A program made the position numbers and the translations under genes. A stretch of DNA of 64,000 nucleotides from Tubiluchus corallicola. Lineage: Eukaryota; Animalia; Priapulida. Positions 35,683 through 50,039 of the stretch are shown piece by piece (the first letter of the stretch is position 1; the number at the start of each line of letters is the position of its first letter). The DNA is taken from positions 62,001 to 126,000 of the forward strand of contig JAQGDQ010000082.1 of the NCBI GenBank assembly GCA_030141605.1, in the 5' to 3' direction. The notes beneath the pieces are model-generated. The model had not been told where the DNA came from, ran no database searches, and saw nothing but the letters and a program-made list of their open reading frames with translations.

Positions 35683-37445
35683 GAGCCTATTTACAAGGTG
35701 CGTTATTGACGCATACGTCAAAAACACACCATATAAACTGTCCATGCGATGCGAATCTATGACTCATGCGTTAGACGCATGCATAAGACGCATGTTCTAA
35801 TTTCTTGTGACATCGCAAGCAGGACGCAAGAACCAGATCAATCAGAAAAGTGAGATGGGTCACATGAACGCCGGGTGGCGTGGGTTGTCATTGTTAGCAG
35901 CATTTTGGGGCAGGGAAACAGTCTTGACATTTTGACAGCATGGCGTTGCAACTAGACTTGCAAAGCAAGGAGGCCACTATGGAATTGACTGACGATTTAC
36001 TGTGAATAAAAAACAATAGTCCCTATGACTTCTACTGTTTTAACAGATTTTAAGTTGGTCTCTCATGGCTGGCTAGTTTCTCATTCAAATTTGTTTATTT
36101 TTTCGTGAAATATATTTTCTTAATATCCTTCACCATGAGAGATACTATAGTTTTCTTGAGCTAACGTTTGCGTGTTGATCCCATGGCAGCCTGCTGTAAA
36201 ATGACCCCATGACGCACGAGCAAGACGCATCGTGTAAACAGATTCACCCTTGCGTCTGACTCATGCGTCAAAACACGATGCGTCCTAGTCGTACGGCATA
36301 GCTTTTCGCATACGTCTTGGACCGTTTGTACGCAAGGGCGAAGCTGTTTACATGATGCGTTTTGTTCGTACGACCTGGACATGGCTGCCACGGAGTCAAT
36401 ACCTAAACGACGGCTGAGAAAATTGCCTTGGTCTTTTCTTGTAGGCCTACTCCTTGAAAAGGTCACACCAAGAGTTAAACTTCTCAAATTAATAAACGAA
36501 TTTCCGAATTTATGCTGCAGAACGTTTACTTTTGACCTTTCGTTTTTCGACATCAGACCTGAACTGCCCCTTATTGTGTGCATCTCTAAGGATGTCTGTT
36601 AGGTTCGGAAAATGTCATTATTAAGAAAACAAAGAAGAACGGATTTTTTAAATAAAATAAAAAATGTATTTTGTTATTTTTATTTTTTCTGTCGTTGTGT
36701 TGCTGCCCACGGTTACTGTGTCAAATTTAGGTTGGTTTTATGCGCTATCTGTTCACTGTGTTTGTGCAGCGTTTCTAATAGGAGTAAACTGCACATAGAA
36801 ACATGTATGTGCGTTTATTACGATGTGTGGTATTTTTGCAGATAAACTAGCAAAGTAGTGTTACAAAAGAATCAAAGCAAAACTGTCTTGGCAAAACTGC
36901 CTATTCTTTCACATAATAAAAATCACCATGTTCTAAATAACTATTTTTCTGCTTGTAAATTGGCACTACCAAAATAAAAACTCCGTGGTTTAAAAAATAA
37001 TTATTAATTTAAATCGCAATGAATAATGAATTTAAAAATGCCCATTTTCCAACCCTAATGATTGATTTATAAAAAACACAAAACTTTAAAAATTAATAAA
37101 CTCAAATCCCACCGTCCGCTGTTTAAATTCATGTCATTGTTGCCTGTTTGCTTTATAAGCCTACACTCCCCTACAGGCGATACTACGCTGTTAAAGACAC
37201 TGTTTTTTCTTTCGTGAAAGTGTAGCACATCCATGACCCAATCTCACCTTTCTGGCTTGGTCTGGTTTTTGCGTCCTGTTTATGATGTCATAAGAAAGTA
37301 GAACATACCTCTTGCGCGTGCGTCTATCTCATGAGTCACAAATTGCGTCCTAAGTACAATTTGCACCCTGAGTTTTGTACGTATTTGTTTTGCGTTCGAC
37401 TCATGCTACAGACGTAAGCAAAAATCACACCACGTAAATATGATT
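35683..37445. mobile_element. Element(s) bounded by ~190-bp degenerate inverted repeats (Harbinger-like MITE arms)
   Basis: 35750-35870 aligns with the reverse complement of 37230-37345 (GACTCATG..TAGACGCA..ATGTTCTA.TTTCTT.TGACATC..CAGGACGCAA.AACCAGA..AGAAA.GTGAGAT.GGTCA); outer termini also match. Confidence 0.65.
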
Positions 37446-39374
37446 TAGCGGCAGAGTAGCAGTAATTGCAGCAGTAACACTTACCCTGTAAAGCGCTAAT
37501 GAATGGTAACTTTAAACATTTTAATAGATATTCGTTACTTATACTTTTATATCGTCCGTTCATTCGGTCACAGTACAGACCTAATGACGTCATTGTGCGC
37601 TCACAATTTGTGCTTAGTTTACTATTAATTAGAGTAATATTAGACCGCTGCGTACTACTGCTCCCAGCGAAGCGGTAATAACGATAATTATTGCAAATTT
37701 GCCATAACGACGTTACAATAAAATTTATTATTGTCTTGATTAAAATGTCATCCTTGACAACGCTTTGTAATTAATCAACTTAATTACGCCAATAAATCAT
37801 GATAATTCGAAAATTGAGTCAGTCATAGAGTTACAAACATGGGATGCGAATGAACAATTAATTTTTACAAACGACTTATGGTTTAAGGGCAAAAAATATT
37901 AAGAAGTGCTACAGTAAACAATGAAAACTACACGAAGTTTGTGTAGAGACGAAATAGTATTCATTTTGATTTGTTTGTTTTCGTTACGGTAAAAAAGAAC
38001 TCATAAGGTACAGAGAGGAATAAGGTAGTGGCATTGGTTAAAAATGTGCTTGGCCGATCTGCGATGTTCACTGTGACAGAGCGTGTCAGGGGGTAAAATA
38101 AAAAGCACTGTAAGTAAAACTGGCATTGAAACATAGACCTACACTACATATTATTTGAGAGCATGCATATATTTAAAGCAAATATGTGTACACGTTGCAG
38201 TTTCCTTAAAGTTACTCGTACCAGGCCTTCGCTATTTGTGCGTAATGCGCGACTTATTCCTCAACTTTACACCAAAATTTACAGTTTGACTAAACAATAA
38301 CAAACAACTAAAATAAAGACTTTTTGTTAAGAAACACCTGCAGCTTATATCGGTTATATCTTTGTGCCAGCCTTGTGGCGGCAGTTGAACGATACATTTA
38401 ATCTATCACCGAATCATAGGTTTGATTGTTACAAGCGAAGAACGACGAAATGAAGAACTTCATTGAAATGGGTGTCTCATTTCTGAGGGGTAACTCACAT
38501 TGCTGCCAATTTCGTCTGTAGTAGAGTCTGTTTCCACTTGCAATGTAAAAATAGCCGCTGGTTTTTCTCGTTTCGTTTCCATTACGTATCGTTTACGCCA
38601 CTCACCCTAAACCTCAATGTAAACTAACATGGTGCTAACATTATACCAGAAGCTTCTCTTAGAGAACTTTTTGCACGGATGACGACTCGTGAAGATACAC
38701 AGTCTAATCAAAAACTTATTGAACCATATTTTTGTGTTCCAGTGTCGTGACTGAAGGAATTAATAAAGCATTTAATAAGTGGAATTACTGTATAACTTAG
38801 AGGAATGTACACCTAGAGTAGATATGTATATAGGTGTCCGACGAATAGGGTATACCATTCGTCGGATACCACATTCTTCAAATTTTGGATGTCTGATCAC
38901 GAAACGTGCAACATTGTGTAAATAAAATAATGCTTTTGTCTTTATTCTTTTAGATATGGTATAAAAGTCTGCATTGAAATTGAATTTGAGCAAACAAGTT
39001 AAGATTGGTCAAGTATCGGCGCGAAATATCACTAACCAATTAATCATTTATTATGGAATTTAATTTAGCAAATGCCGGTTACGACATTCTGGTTTTAAGG
39101 CACGCAGTCGTGATCGAGTTTAAATTCAACTCAATGATAATTTGTTACCAATTAGTACGCTAAGGCGGATGAGTGCACAACAAGCCCTGGTTTTCTAAAT
39201 AAGTAGAAATTTGTCCATATACAAATACAAATTGCCTAATACAAATGCACAATGTCCAAGATTAAGAGCGCCTTATTCTTGTTCTGAAGCTTAATAGGTA
39301 ATTTCTTCTCCTCAAATACAATCAGGAATCAGCCCATTATTGCGTTGGGATTTTTTAAATGACGCAAAAGTCGC

Positions 39375-40130
39375 TAAGATTGGTGACAATGGGCTAAGAT
39401 GTGATGACTGTGGGCTAAGACATAGAGACAATGGGTTATGATTTGATGACAATTAGCGAACATTTGGTGACAATGGGTTAAGATGTAATGACAATTGGCT
39501 AACGTGTGATGACAGTGGGTTATAATGTGATAACAATTGGCAAAGGTGTGATGACAATGGGTTAAGATGTAATGATAATTGGCTAAGGTGTGATGACAGT
39601 GGGTTATAATGTGAAAACAATTGGCAAAGGTCTGATGACAATGGGTTAAGATGTAATGACAATTGGCTAAGGTGTGATGACAGTGGGTTAAGATACGATA
39701 ACAATTGGCAAAGGTGTGATGACAATGGGTTAAGATGTAATGACAATTAGCTATGGTACGATGACAGTGGGTTAAGATGTGATGACTGTGGGCTAAGACT
39801 TAGAGACAATGGGTTATGATTTGATGACAATTAGCTAACATTTGGTGACAATGGGTTAAGATGTAATGACAATTGGCTAAGGTGTGATGACGGTGGGTTA
39901 TAATGTGAAAACAATTGGCAAAGGTCTGATGACAATGGGTTAAGATGTAATGACAATTGGCAAAGGTGTGATGACAATGGGTTAAGATGTAATGACAATT
40001 AGCTATGGTACGATGACAGTGGGTTAAGATGTGAAAACAATATGCTAAGATGTGATGACAAATGGCCTAAAATGTGATGACAATTACTTAAAAAATTGTG
40101 ACAAACAGGCTAAAACTTGGTGACAATGGC
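39375..40130 (+). repeat. 21-bp minisatellite with higher-order structure
   Basis: About 36 units of consensus TGACAATKGGYTAAGRTGTGA; alternating variants give 42/84-bp periods, and the block at 39403 recurs at 39781 (378 bp = 18 units). Confidence 0.95.
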
Positions 40131-41182
40131 AGAAAATAGCGGTTTAAAGTTGCAGCTGTCTGTTGAAATTGCAAATAACCGATAAACACTTTAATTTTTC
40201 ACTTGCAAAAACGACTTTTCAATTTGACTTTTAAGCGTGCTCCCAGACACTACTGGCTACTTATCATTACCAACTGACAGCCTAGTCTTTTACACGCAAA
40301 TGGGAATTTTTGTTCCATTTTTCATGTCGTTCTACGAAACTCGAGCGCTGCCTGACTAATCTAATTACAGCGATTATCAAATTACCTGAATTTAGAATAG
40401 AAGCCTTTTTGTTTGATGCAAAAATTGACGAGCGAACACTTAAACCACGGAAGGATCGATATAAACTTGTCAAACACAGATTTCTTCACAGCAAAAAGCT
40501 AAAAAAATTAAAATAAGAACTGTCGTTATTGTTTGAAAGCATAAAAGCTTTAACAACTTATAAGTGCACGGGAAATTTGAAATAAAAGCTTAAGAGATGA
40601 AATTATGATGGCATGGCCGTCAGAAACACTTTGTATTGAAAGTGTGTCACGAAAGTTGTCTGCAATGTATGATGGTGCCATCTGTCAGGCGAAAATAGAA
40701 ATATGAAACAGTAACTATTTTTCGACAATTTCCAGGACATAACATTACGTTAATAAAGCTGAAAATGGTTTTGCAAGACTTCAGAAGTGCATTAGTGGTA
40801 GTAACATGAGAGGATGCACTGGGCTTATCCGTATACAGATTTATTTGTGAATAAAAGATGGTTTTCATCGAAAACTATGATTTCGCATTAGTTAGCCTAA
40901 TTAGATGAAGAATAATTAGAAACAGTAACGTCTTGGGATGAAAAAGGGGTGCCAGGCGTATAAATGAGTTACATTAAAGAATGATAAGGATAACATAAAT
41001 AAAAAGTTGAGAACACTAATTTAAAAGATAATCAACTGTAAATCATGAATTTTTCGATTGATTGTTCTGCATTCTCGTGAGAGTATTCTGTCACAGATTA
41101 CTAAAACTATGTAGCTAAGATCTCTGAAGCAAAAATGAAAGAAAATCGGTGATATTTACTAGTGCGCGAATAAGTGAATGAA

Positions 41183-41588
<406 letters not shown>

Positions 41589-43514
41589 GAGGGAGGGAGT
41601 AGGAGAGAGAGGTTCAACTTCACACAGGGTGCTCAGTTTGGGTTAAGAGACGACAAATAATTGCTTCATACATGATTTATTACAAAATTCCCCAGAACTT
41701 TCATCAATTTTAACCACACGTTGACAAGCAAACAGATGCTCGCTATTTTATTAACCGCTCAAAATCCTTAGCATAAACAACTTTGGGTGCGCCACTATTA
41801 AGCGGCTACTAAAAAGTTGAACACTGTTCGACAAAGCCAAGAGGCAGATAGGAGACCAAACATTAGCACAGTCTATTTAATAGGAAATTGATTAGAACCA
41901 CAAGATTGTTAAAATATGCAAGTTTCCACATTTCATCAAATAAATAAAAGTACTTTTATCGCCTTAACGCAAAAAAATTAATTGAAAAATTTATCCGTTT
42001 GCTGTTAAAATAATCGTATTTGCCTGGTATGCGCTTACAGCACTCATGGTTTTTCCAAACCCAATGGTAAACCCAGCTGAGTTGTTGGCAAGTTTCTGAG
42101 TTAAGCAGCTTTCTATCTGTAGAACTGTTAATATTTGCTGTGCCTGATTTAAGCTTTTAGTGATTTCTGGCGTGTAAATTTCTTTGATGTTATCAAAGTA
42201 AGTCTCTTTATTTGGTGGTTCCGTCAAATATGCTGCAGCATCGTTAATTCGTTACATAGGGCTGTTTGAGGGGGAAGGCTTTTCCTGGGAAAATCGTGAG
42301 AATAGGAAATAGTGTGGGATATTTCAACCCTTAAAATCACAGAAAAGATAAGATACTGCAGTGACTACTTATACTTGTATTACCAAAATAAACGCTAATT
42401 TTACTCAACATTATAAAGAAACTATATCCAGTTTTGGAAAATATTGTTTTTAAGGGTGACTCGCATTAAAGAATTATTATTTTGGATGCCTAATTCTGTT
42501 GATTTTCTGTCGTTGCACGCTCCCAGCATAGCATACTTAGATGGGCAACATCACCTGCTTCTCGAAAAACATATTGCACAGAAAATAAGTGATGTACCCG
42601 CCTGATTCGGATAATTCAACCTAGTAATGACGTTAGAGCAGCCGCGTAAACCCGTGTTAACCCAACCAACAGTGAACTTGAAACTTGAAACTGTAACTTA
42701 AAGTTTCTCGAGAGTCAAAGTCACGCAGCAGGGTCGTTCTTAATTTTCGCGTTTGCGAATGTGTGCGAGGCATTTATATCAGATTCCAGCTGTGACGTCA
42801 TTACCAGCTACCTTAACAAACTACAATAAGTTTCTAAGTATATGTTTAATTATGGGAAGCTTTATGACAATTATTATTATAGGTAATCATAGAATTCATA
42901 TTTCAGACTTTAAAGCCAAAATGTGTCTGGTGCAAAAGAAACTAAAACTACGAGTGCAGTAGGGGTGCATAAAAACAGAAGTAATAAAGTAAAAATGATT
43001 ATAAGCTACAACATAATACTCCACCTAAAAATCTAAAGCACACTTTTACAAATACAATCTCATATAAAATAATACATATCATAGAGCCAATATACACATG
43101 TAATTTGACATAAACACAAAGCCATCTCACGCTACAATTAAACATTCGAACAGTACAATAATTTGTGTTTATGATATGTACTGTTTATTACAGTAAACCG
43201 TTAGAAACATGAATATACAGGATAGAGTGCAAATAACTTCCTGTTTGGCCTTTACCTAGCTTTTCTTCCACGGCCATTTACGATGTTATAAGACGTCTAT
43301 GTTAATTTTAAGTCTTTTAATCTGTTTTTTTATGGTTGGTTTTGTGTGAAACATACGACCTGATAATCTACATGATGCTTATGAATTCTGCCTAAGATAT
43401 CCTTCTGTGGGACGAATATACAACGCTAATTACAGGTCTTTCGGGAGCCTTCATTAGCTATCTTAATGACTACTAAAGTTGTCCGTGTCAGATGTTTACT
43501 TAATTAGTCACAAT

Positions 43515-43805
43515 GTTCCTTGTTTCTTGCTTTTTTCCTTCTTACTTTCTTCCTTTCTTTCTTCCTTCTTTTTCTTTCCCTTTCCCTTTCTTCCTACCAA
43601 TATTCGTTCTCCTTTTTCTCTTTGCCTTTCTTTTCTTTTTCTTCTCTTTTCTCTTCTCTTCTCCTTTCTTCTCTTCTTTCTCTTCCTTTCCTTTCCTTTC
43701 CTTTCCTTCACTTCCCCTCTCTTGTGTGTTTTGTTTGATCTTGTTTTGCCTTGTTTGGCTTTATTTTGTTCTTGTTATTTTTCATTTTTCCTTCTCCTGC
43801 TTCCT
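43515..43805 (+). repeat. Pyrimidine-rich low-complexity tract
   Basis: TTTC/TTCTC/TTTCC/TTTTG units. Confidence 0.9.
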
Positions 43806-44796
43806 TACCATTGCCTGATAAATTTTCCTTCATCCGCTACACTTGATGCCATAGAAATCTAAATGACATTCATTTAAACACGAAACTTCTTAGCTAAGCC
43901 TTATTCCTCAAAACGACAAAGGCCATAAAATACGTAAAAATAATAGGATAAAACACGTTAGCATCTTCCTAGCACAAACGATTGGTGCTTAATTAGGCCA
44001 TTTGACGTTAATTGAGTGGCGTGTTAACATTATATGCAAATGTATTCTTTCATCTCATCAATTAGCTGAGATTCAAATTCCTCTGCAAATCGTCTCTCTT
44101 TTCAATGTTACAAGTGCCGTTTCCATCAAATTGTAGTTCTCATATTTGTGAAACGTGACTAAAACCGACGTGGCTTCTTATTTATGGCTTCACAGACGCG
44201 CAGGGTGATAATTAGGACATAGGATCACAATTCGTGGCTTTTTTGTCACATCCCGGCGGTCACCTTGTCTCTAATAAGGGCTTCGTATTGGGCCGTTATG
44301 AAGTACACTAGCTTACAAGGCTGAAGTCTGACTTACATTAAAGATATTCTAAATTAAATCAAAGTATTGTTAAATAATCGTTTGGCGCTTTATTGTTTTC
44401 ATGTCTGGTATGTTGAACCTGAAAAATAAACACTTCGTCAAATGATTGGCTTTGAAAAAACCACCCAAAACTGCAGTAACACTCAGTGACATACATTCTG
44501 CATTCAATTCATTTCAATTCAAAATTTGATTTCAAGCATTATGTTTATATTAAAGCTGAAAATTACATTACACAGTATCATCTACATTTTTAATAAATAA
44601 TCTTGAAATTCAAAAAAATAGAGAAGTTAATTAATTAACTGATTACCCATAAATAATTTCCGACAGGCTTTAAATTAATTAAGACGTTTATTTAATTAGT
44701 TAGTAACGTTAGTAGTTAGTTAATTAACTAGTTTATTACACTAACACTTGGAAAGTACTATGAATGGTCAAATTAAGAAATATCGTATTTATTGGG

Positions 44797-44870
44797 GCTG
44801 AGTAGTGCAGCGTTCATGGCGTGGAACTTGGGCTTGTAATCTACATGTCTTCGGTTCAATAGACATTCAT
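44797..44870 (+). mobile_element. Degenerate tRNA-derived SINE head
   Basis: TAGTGCAGCG...TTGTAATC...CGGTTCAA, box A/B-like. Confidence 0.35.
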
Positions 44871-47096
44871 TCCAGACTTTTTCACATTTCATTTACTTTA
44901 GGAAAGTTTGGTTTCAAAATTCAATAATTGTGAGTTCTAATCCATTTCTAATCCAATTTGGTTTAGCGAGTTAAGAAAACTTATTCGTTTAAAGATGAAG
45001 TCTCTACTGCGCAGTGAGCTACACCATGCACCCCTTGTCTCGCATTAAGTCAACGGACATTACCTTGATAGGTACCCGGATGTAAACGTCTGCTCATCTC
45101 AGAGGGCAAATATTTACCTTCCTTTTAGAAGAAAACGTAGAAGCCAAAAAAGTCTGAACTTTAGAAAAGGAAGCTGTATGGGAAAAAATGATTGCTTGTA
45201 GCACGCGCAAGATAATTAAATAATGCACGGTTTCCTAACTTGATATGTGTACGTTGAGTAGCTTTATTGGAAGTTTTGGAAATAACCTTATTGCGCCGAA
45301 TAGCTTCAGTCAGAAAAATAAAAATAAAAATAAGCGCGACATTTCTAAAAAATATATAGTTCATAATTTCCTGTTATTTTTTTGTTCTAGTTTTACTTAT
45401 TGTGTTTATTCAGTGCCAATATTATGCCAATTTTTTCTTCATTGCCTCATCATTAGAACAATAATAATGAATCAAGAAGGTTCTACTGTAAAGGAGAATC
45501 TTAATTATTAATGAAAATTCGTGTTTGCAAGTTAAATAGCAGGTTTTATTTTATCATGCAATAGACCCCTAACCCTTACTTGTCTAAGTCAGTTTGCAAA
45601 TGTCAACGCTTGATTATTATACCTACACCCAAAGATTTGTGCACTTTTAATATTTCCTTAAAAATAAACCTGTTAAATAGTATACAATTATATTGATATT
45701 TACACTTTCCCAAACTTAATTTGTCGCCGCAAATCTGTGTTTATTTTATTCATTATTAAGTTAATATTGATTATTAATTTTTTTGATGGTTTTCAAATAG
45801 AAAGCGCTAAGTTTGTTTGTAGAATCGATTTTAATGTTTACACGGCAAAGTTTCGATTTGCCGAAAAGGTGTATTTATAAGCCATAAACCCATACCTTCT
45901 TGACGTCAAAAAACGACAAGACAGTTAGCTAAATACAGAATATTAAACTTTGTGATAGGTGGCTAGAGGTACTTATGCTAGGTATAATTCTATTTTGCGA
46001 TTAAAGGGAACAAACTGTGGCAATGGATTAGGCTAGTATATTAGTCCATAGAGATGTCTCAGAAAATCTCAAGGAGAGACAAAAAATATGCAAGATTTTG
46101 ATATTATTGCGCTTTTGTCTCGAAAGAAGACTATAGCAGGACCCAGCAGGTTTAGCATACGTGCTTAAAATTAGACGCTCAGTCTTCCCTACAGGCCTAT
46201 TTCATTGACAGTATTTTTTTGCCAAAATGTTTAAATAAAAATGACAATATTGTGACTAGTATTGTTTACTGTTATGGCCATCTGTACCTCATAATACAGA
46301 AAGTTTGGGCGACAAAATGCGCTTGCAACAGACTAAACTAAACAATGAACAAATGCTATACACATATCAATATTACGCTTTGGAAGTCCAATAAGTCAGT
46401 TCATACCAAGGTATACAGTATACAAATTGAAATTATGCAAATATAATATTAAGTTTACGTCATTATTATGTTTAATACAGAAACGCTAGCTTATTTTCGA
46501 AGCTCTTTCGTCATGTCTCTAGTGGACTGTTTTTTATAACACCTTGTGAATATAGTGACAAATAGTCCAGCTTAACGCACACGTAATTGCAAAAAAGAAG
46601 CATTTTAGAAAAGCTTTTTCCACACCTTGGGTTGTTCCGAAACATGTCGATGATTTACACACACTATGTTGCAACTCGCCCACATCAGTGAGCAGAAAAA
46701 AATCGGCCAAGGCTTACAGTTGATATTCACCATGAAAATGTTTCGTTCACTAAAATGTTATTTTGTCCTGAAAACTTATATAACTAACTAAACATTCCTT
46801 GCATTATCGTTCTTTCGAAGCCGTCCGCTGTTTCTGCAGCTGGTTATCAACAAAGACACGCATATATGCATAACTCAAGCGGTAAATTTAGTAATTTGAA
46901 GGTAATACGGAGAGGAAAACATTTTATGCAAATGAATTTCCTTTGATTATATAGGGGGCTTCAAAAGTTCCGATTTTACGTTCTGCCTTCGAGTCAATAT
47001 AGTACCAGTGGAAAACGGTGCGAAACCTTAAATTAGACTTAAATTAAAATGTTCTTTTGGCTAATTAACGGCAAAGCAATTTAAAAATCAAATTAG

Positions 47097-47703
47097 TGAC
47101 TGACTGATTGACTGACTGATTGACTAACTGACTGACTGACTGACTGACTGACTGACTGACTGACTGACTGACTGACTGACTGACTACTGACTGGCTGGCT
47201 GGCTGGCTGGCTGACTGACTGACTGACTGACTGACTGACTGACTGACTGACTGACTGACTGACTGACTGACTGACTGACTGACTGACTGACTGACTGACT
47301 GACTGACTGACTGACTGACTGACTGACTACTGACTGGCTGGCTGGCTGGCTGGCTGACTGACTGACTGACTGACTGACTGACTGACTGACTGACTGACTG
47401 ACTGACTGACTGACTGACTGACTACTGACTGACTACTGACTGACTGACTGACTGACTGGCTGGCTGGCTGACTGACTGACTGACTGACTGACTGACTGAC
47501 TGACTGACTGGCTGGCTGGCTGACTGACTGACTGACTGACTGACTGACTGACAGGCTGGCTGGCTGACTGACTGACTGACTGACTGACTGACTGACTGAC
47601 TGACTGACTGACTGATTGACTGACTGACTGACTGACTGACTGACTGACTGACTGAGTGACTGACTGACTGACTGACTGACTGACTGACTGACTGACTGAC
47701 TGA
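47097..47703 (+). repeat. ~600-bp (GACT)n/(GGCT)n tetranucleotide array
   Basis: Directly visible; variant block GACTACTGACT(GGCT)5 recurs at 47182 and 47325. Confidence 0.98.
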
Positions 47704-49006
47704 TTTATGAAACACTCACTCTATTATTTTGTAGCATTAACTAATTATTAACTCTATTAATTTAAGTATCTAATTAGTTCAGGCAGATCATACAATATTT
47801 CTTGCGATAAAGCATTTCTGCCGACTTTATATACAATCCAAAGAAGCTATAAATCGAAAGATAACGTTTCGTAGTTATTTTCTTATGTCCTTCTATTTAA
47901 TGATATTTTGTTATTGTCTCCTGCACCCTACATTAAATAGACTTGAAGTTCGTAAAAATGCCAACCTAATATCTATTTGTGAGTCTTATAGAAATATATC
48001 ATCTTATAGAAATGAAATTACATGTTTTATGAAAAAACACATTGTTTTCAGGAAGCATTTGTTGTTCACCTACTTTTGGGATTGCATCTCCTCATTTACG
48101 TTGCGTTACGTATAATGAAGTCAATTTCATTCAGGTTTATTGCTTTCCTGAATTAGGCAATTATTTTTGATTGCCAATTAAAAACAAATCTGCCTATACG
48201 ACTCACAGTAACATCCCACCGCAACTGCCTTGCGTTATTATCATTATTATGATAATAAACTGGAACGTACGCGATACGCGACTTATATTCAAGCGGCTTA
48301 GAAGTCGGTAGCAACTTAAGGTGAAGTGTTAAAAGCATGAAAATGTGAATACATGTTCAAAAAGTAGAGCTCTGATAACTAAGAACTAGCGATAGGAGGC
48401 AGTTGTTGTGCAGAGAAACTCATTTCCCGCCAAAGAATTCCACAGATAAGATACCCGAGGGTAAAATGCAGTTGGATTTGTAACCAGCTGTTTTGCACCT
48501 AACAATGTTACAGATAAAAACGTTAAATTAATTGAATATAATCCAGCAAGATTGTCTCCAGAGGTCTCGTTTCTTCTCTTTCCTCATCGGTTCACATTTC
48601 CCTAACCAAGAAATACCATACCGATTACAATGCTCAGAATAGGGACAACCAATCCAGTAACTCTACAGCAGTAATTTGGACAGCAGCTCTAGCCGACATA
48701 AAAAGGGGGTTAAACTCCTCAATTTAACTTTAACTCACGACTCGAAAGCACGCTATACATCCCCAATATGTACCATCCGCAGTATTTCAATAAGTGGCAT
48801 TCCGAAAAATTTCAGCTTCCGTTAATGAATGTGTGATTCCATCTAAGTTTCCAGAATATTCTCCGGTGAGACTACTCTGGGATTAATAGCATTCTGAAAA
48901 ATACTGCAATGATTATGTTTGAGACGACGTAAAGTCAATGTAATTCTACGCTTTACTATTACTCAATGATAATGATCACTTAATTATCACGTCTTATTTA
49001 CGAAAC

Positions 49007-49322
<316 letters not shown>

Positions 49323-49597
49323 GATTTGATTTGGTTTGATATTTTTATTGCAAACCACAGTTCATTTTACAAAATGCAACATCACACATTATAGTCAAAT
49401 TACAAACAATAAAATAAAAAAATTACGAAAATTAATAACGACGAATAAATGATACAGTTACAGTGGAACAAAAGTTACACAATGATAATGAATTACGGAA
49501 CAATAAACAATACTACATACAACAAAAATCGAGAGCGAAAGAGAGGGGGGAGAGAAACAGAGAGAGAGACAGAGAGAGAGAAAGACAGACAGACAGA

Positions 49598-49705
49598 CGC
49601 GCCAGGCTGGGCAGCAACAGGTTTGAAAGTCTTGAGTATGATCCGGCCACAGTATCGAACTCACGACTTCCCAGACGGAAAGCAGGCGCGTTAATTCTAG
49701 ACTAT
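49598..49705 (-). mobile_element. tRNA-derived SINE (head plus central domain) running into a (TCTG)/(TC) repeat
   Basis: Minus strand TAGTCTAGAATTAACGCG (box A-like)...GAGTTCGATAC (box B) then GGCCGGATCATACTCAAGACTTTCAAACCTGTTGCTGCCCAGCCTGGCGC. Confidence 0.65.
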
Positions 49706-50039
49706 ACTTTCTGGTCATGTTGCTATTATTTACCTAAGTAAGCGGTAAAACAACGCGAATTATTTCCCAACCAGATAAACTTCAAGACCTAGAGTTCCTG
49801 AACGAACAGAGATGCCTATGTTCCAATTCAGAAAAGTTTGAAAGCCTCCAATTTGATACAAAAAGCTGTATTTGAACTAAGATAAATCACCCATGGTTTT
49901 GCTATTACAACCGTAAACTATAAATGCTGCCTATTTTTGAATACCTTTACTCTCTCTGTGGCTGCTTGATGTCATCCTGCTATTAACCTTATATATCAGG
50001 TGGGGCAAAAAATTTGGCGAAATTTTGGTTATGATATTA

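Noticed and set aside
39075-39190. SINE carrying a hammerhead (GGATGAGTGCACAACAAGC)
   Set aside because: GAAA half of the core is missing and the head is too degenerate.
39375-40130. CRISPR array or heptad-repeat protein (ORF 39453-39746)
   Set aside because: Contiguous units with no unique spacers, no cas genes, eukaryotic context; the ORF arises because 21 is divisible by 3.
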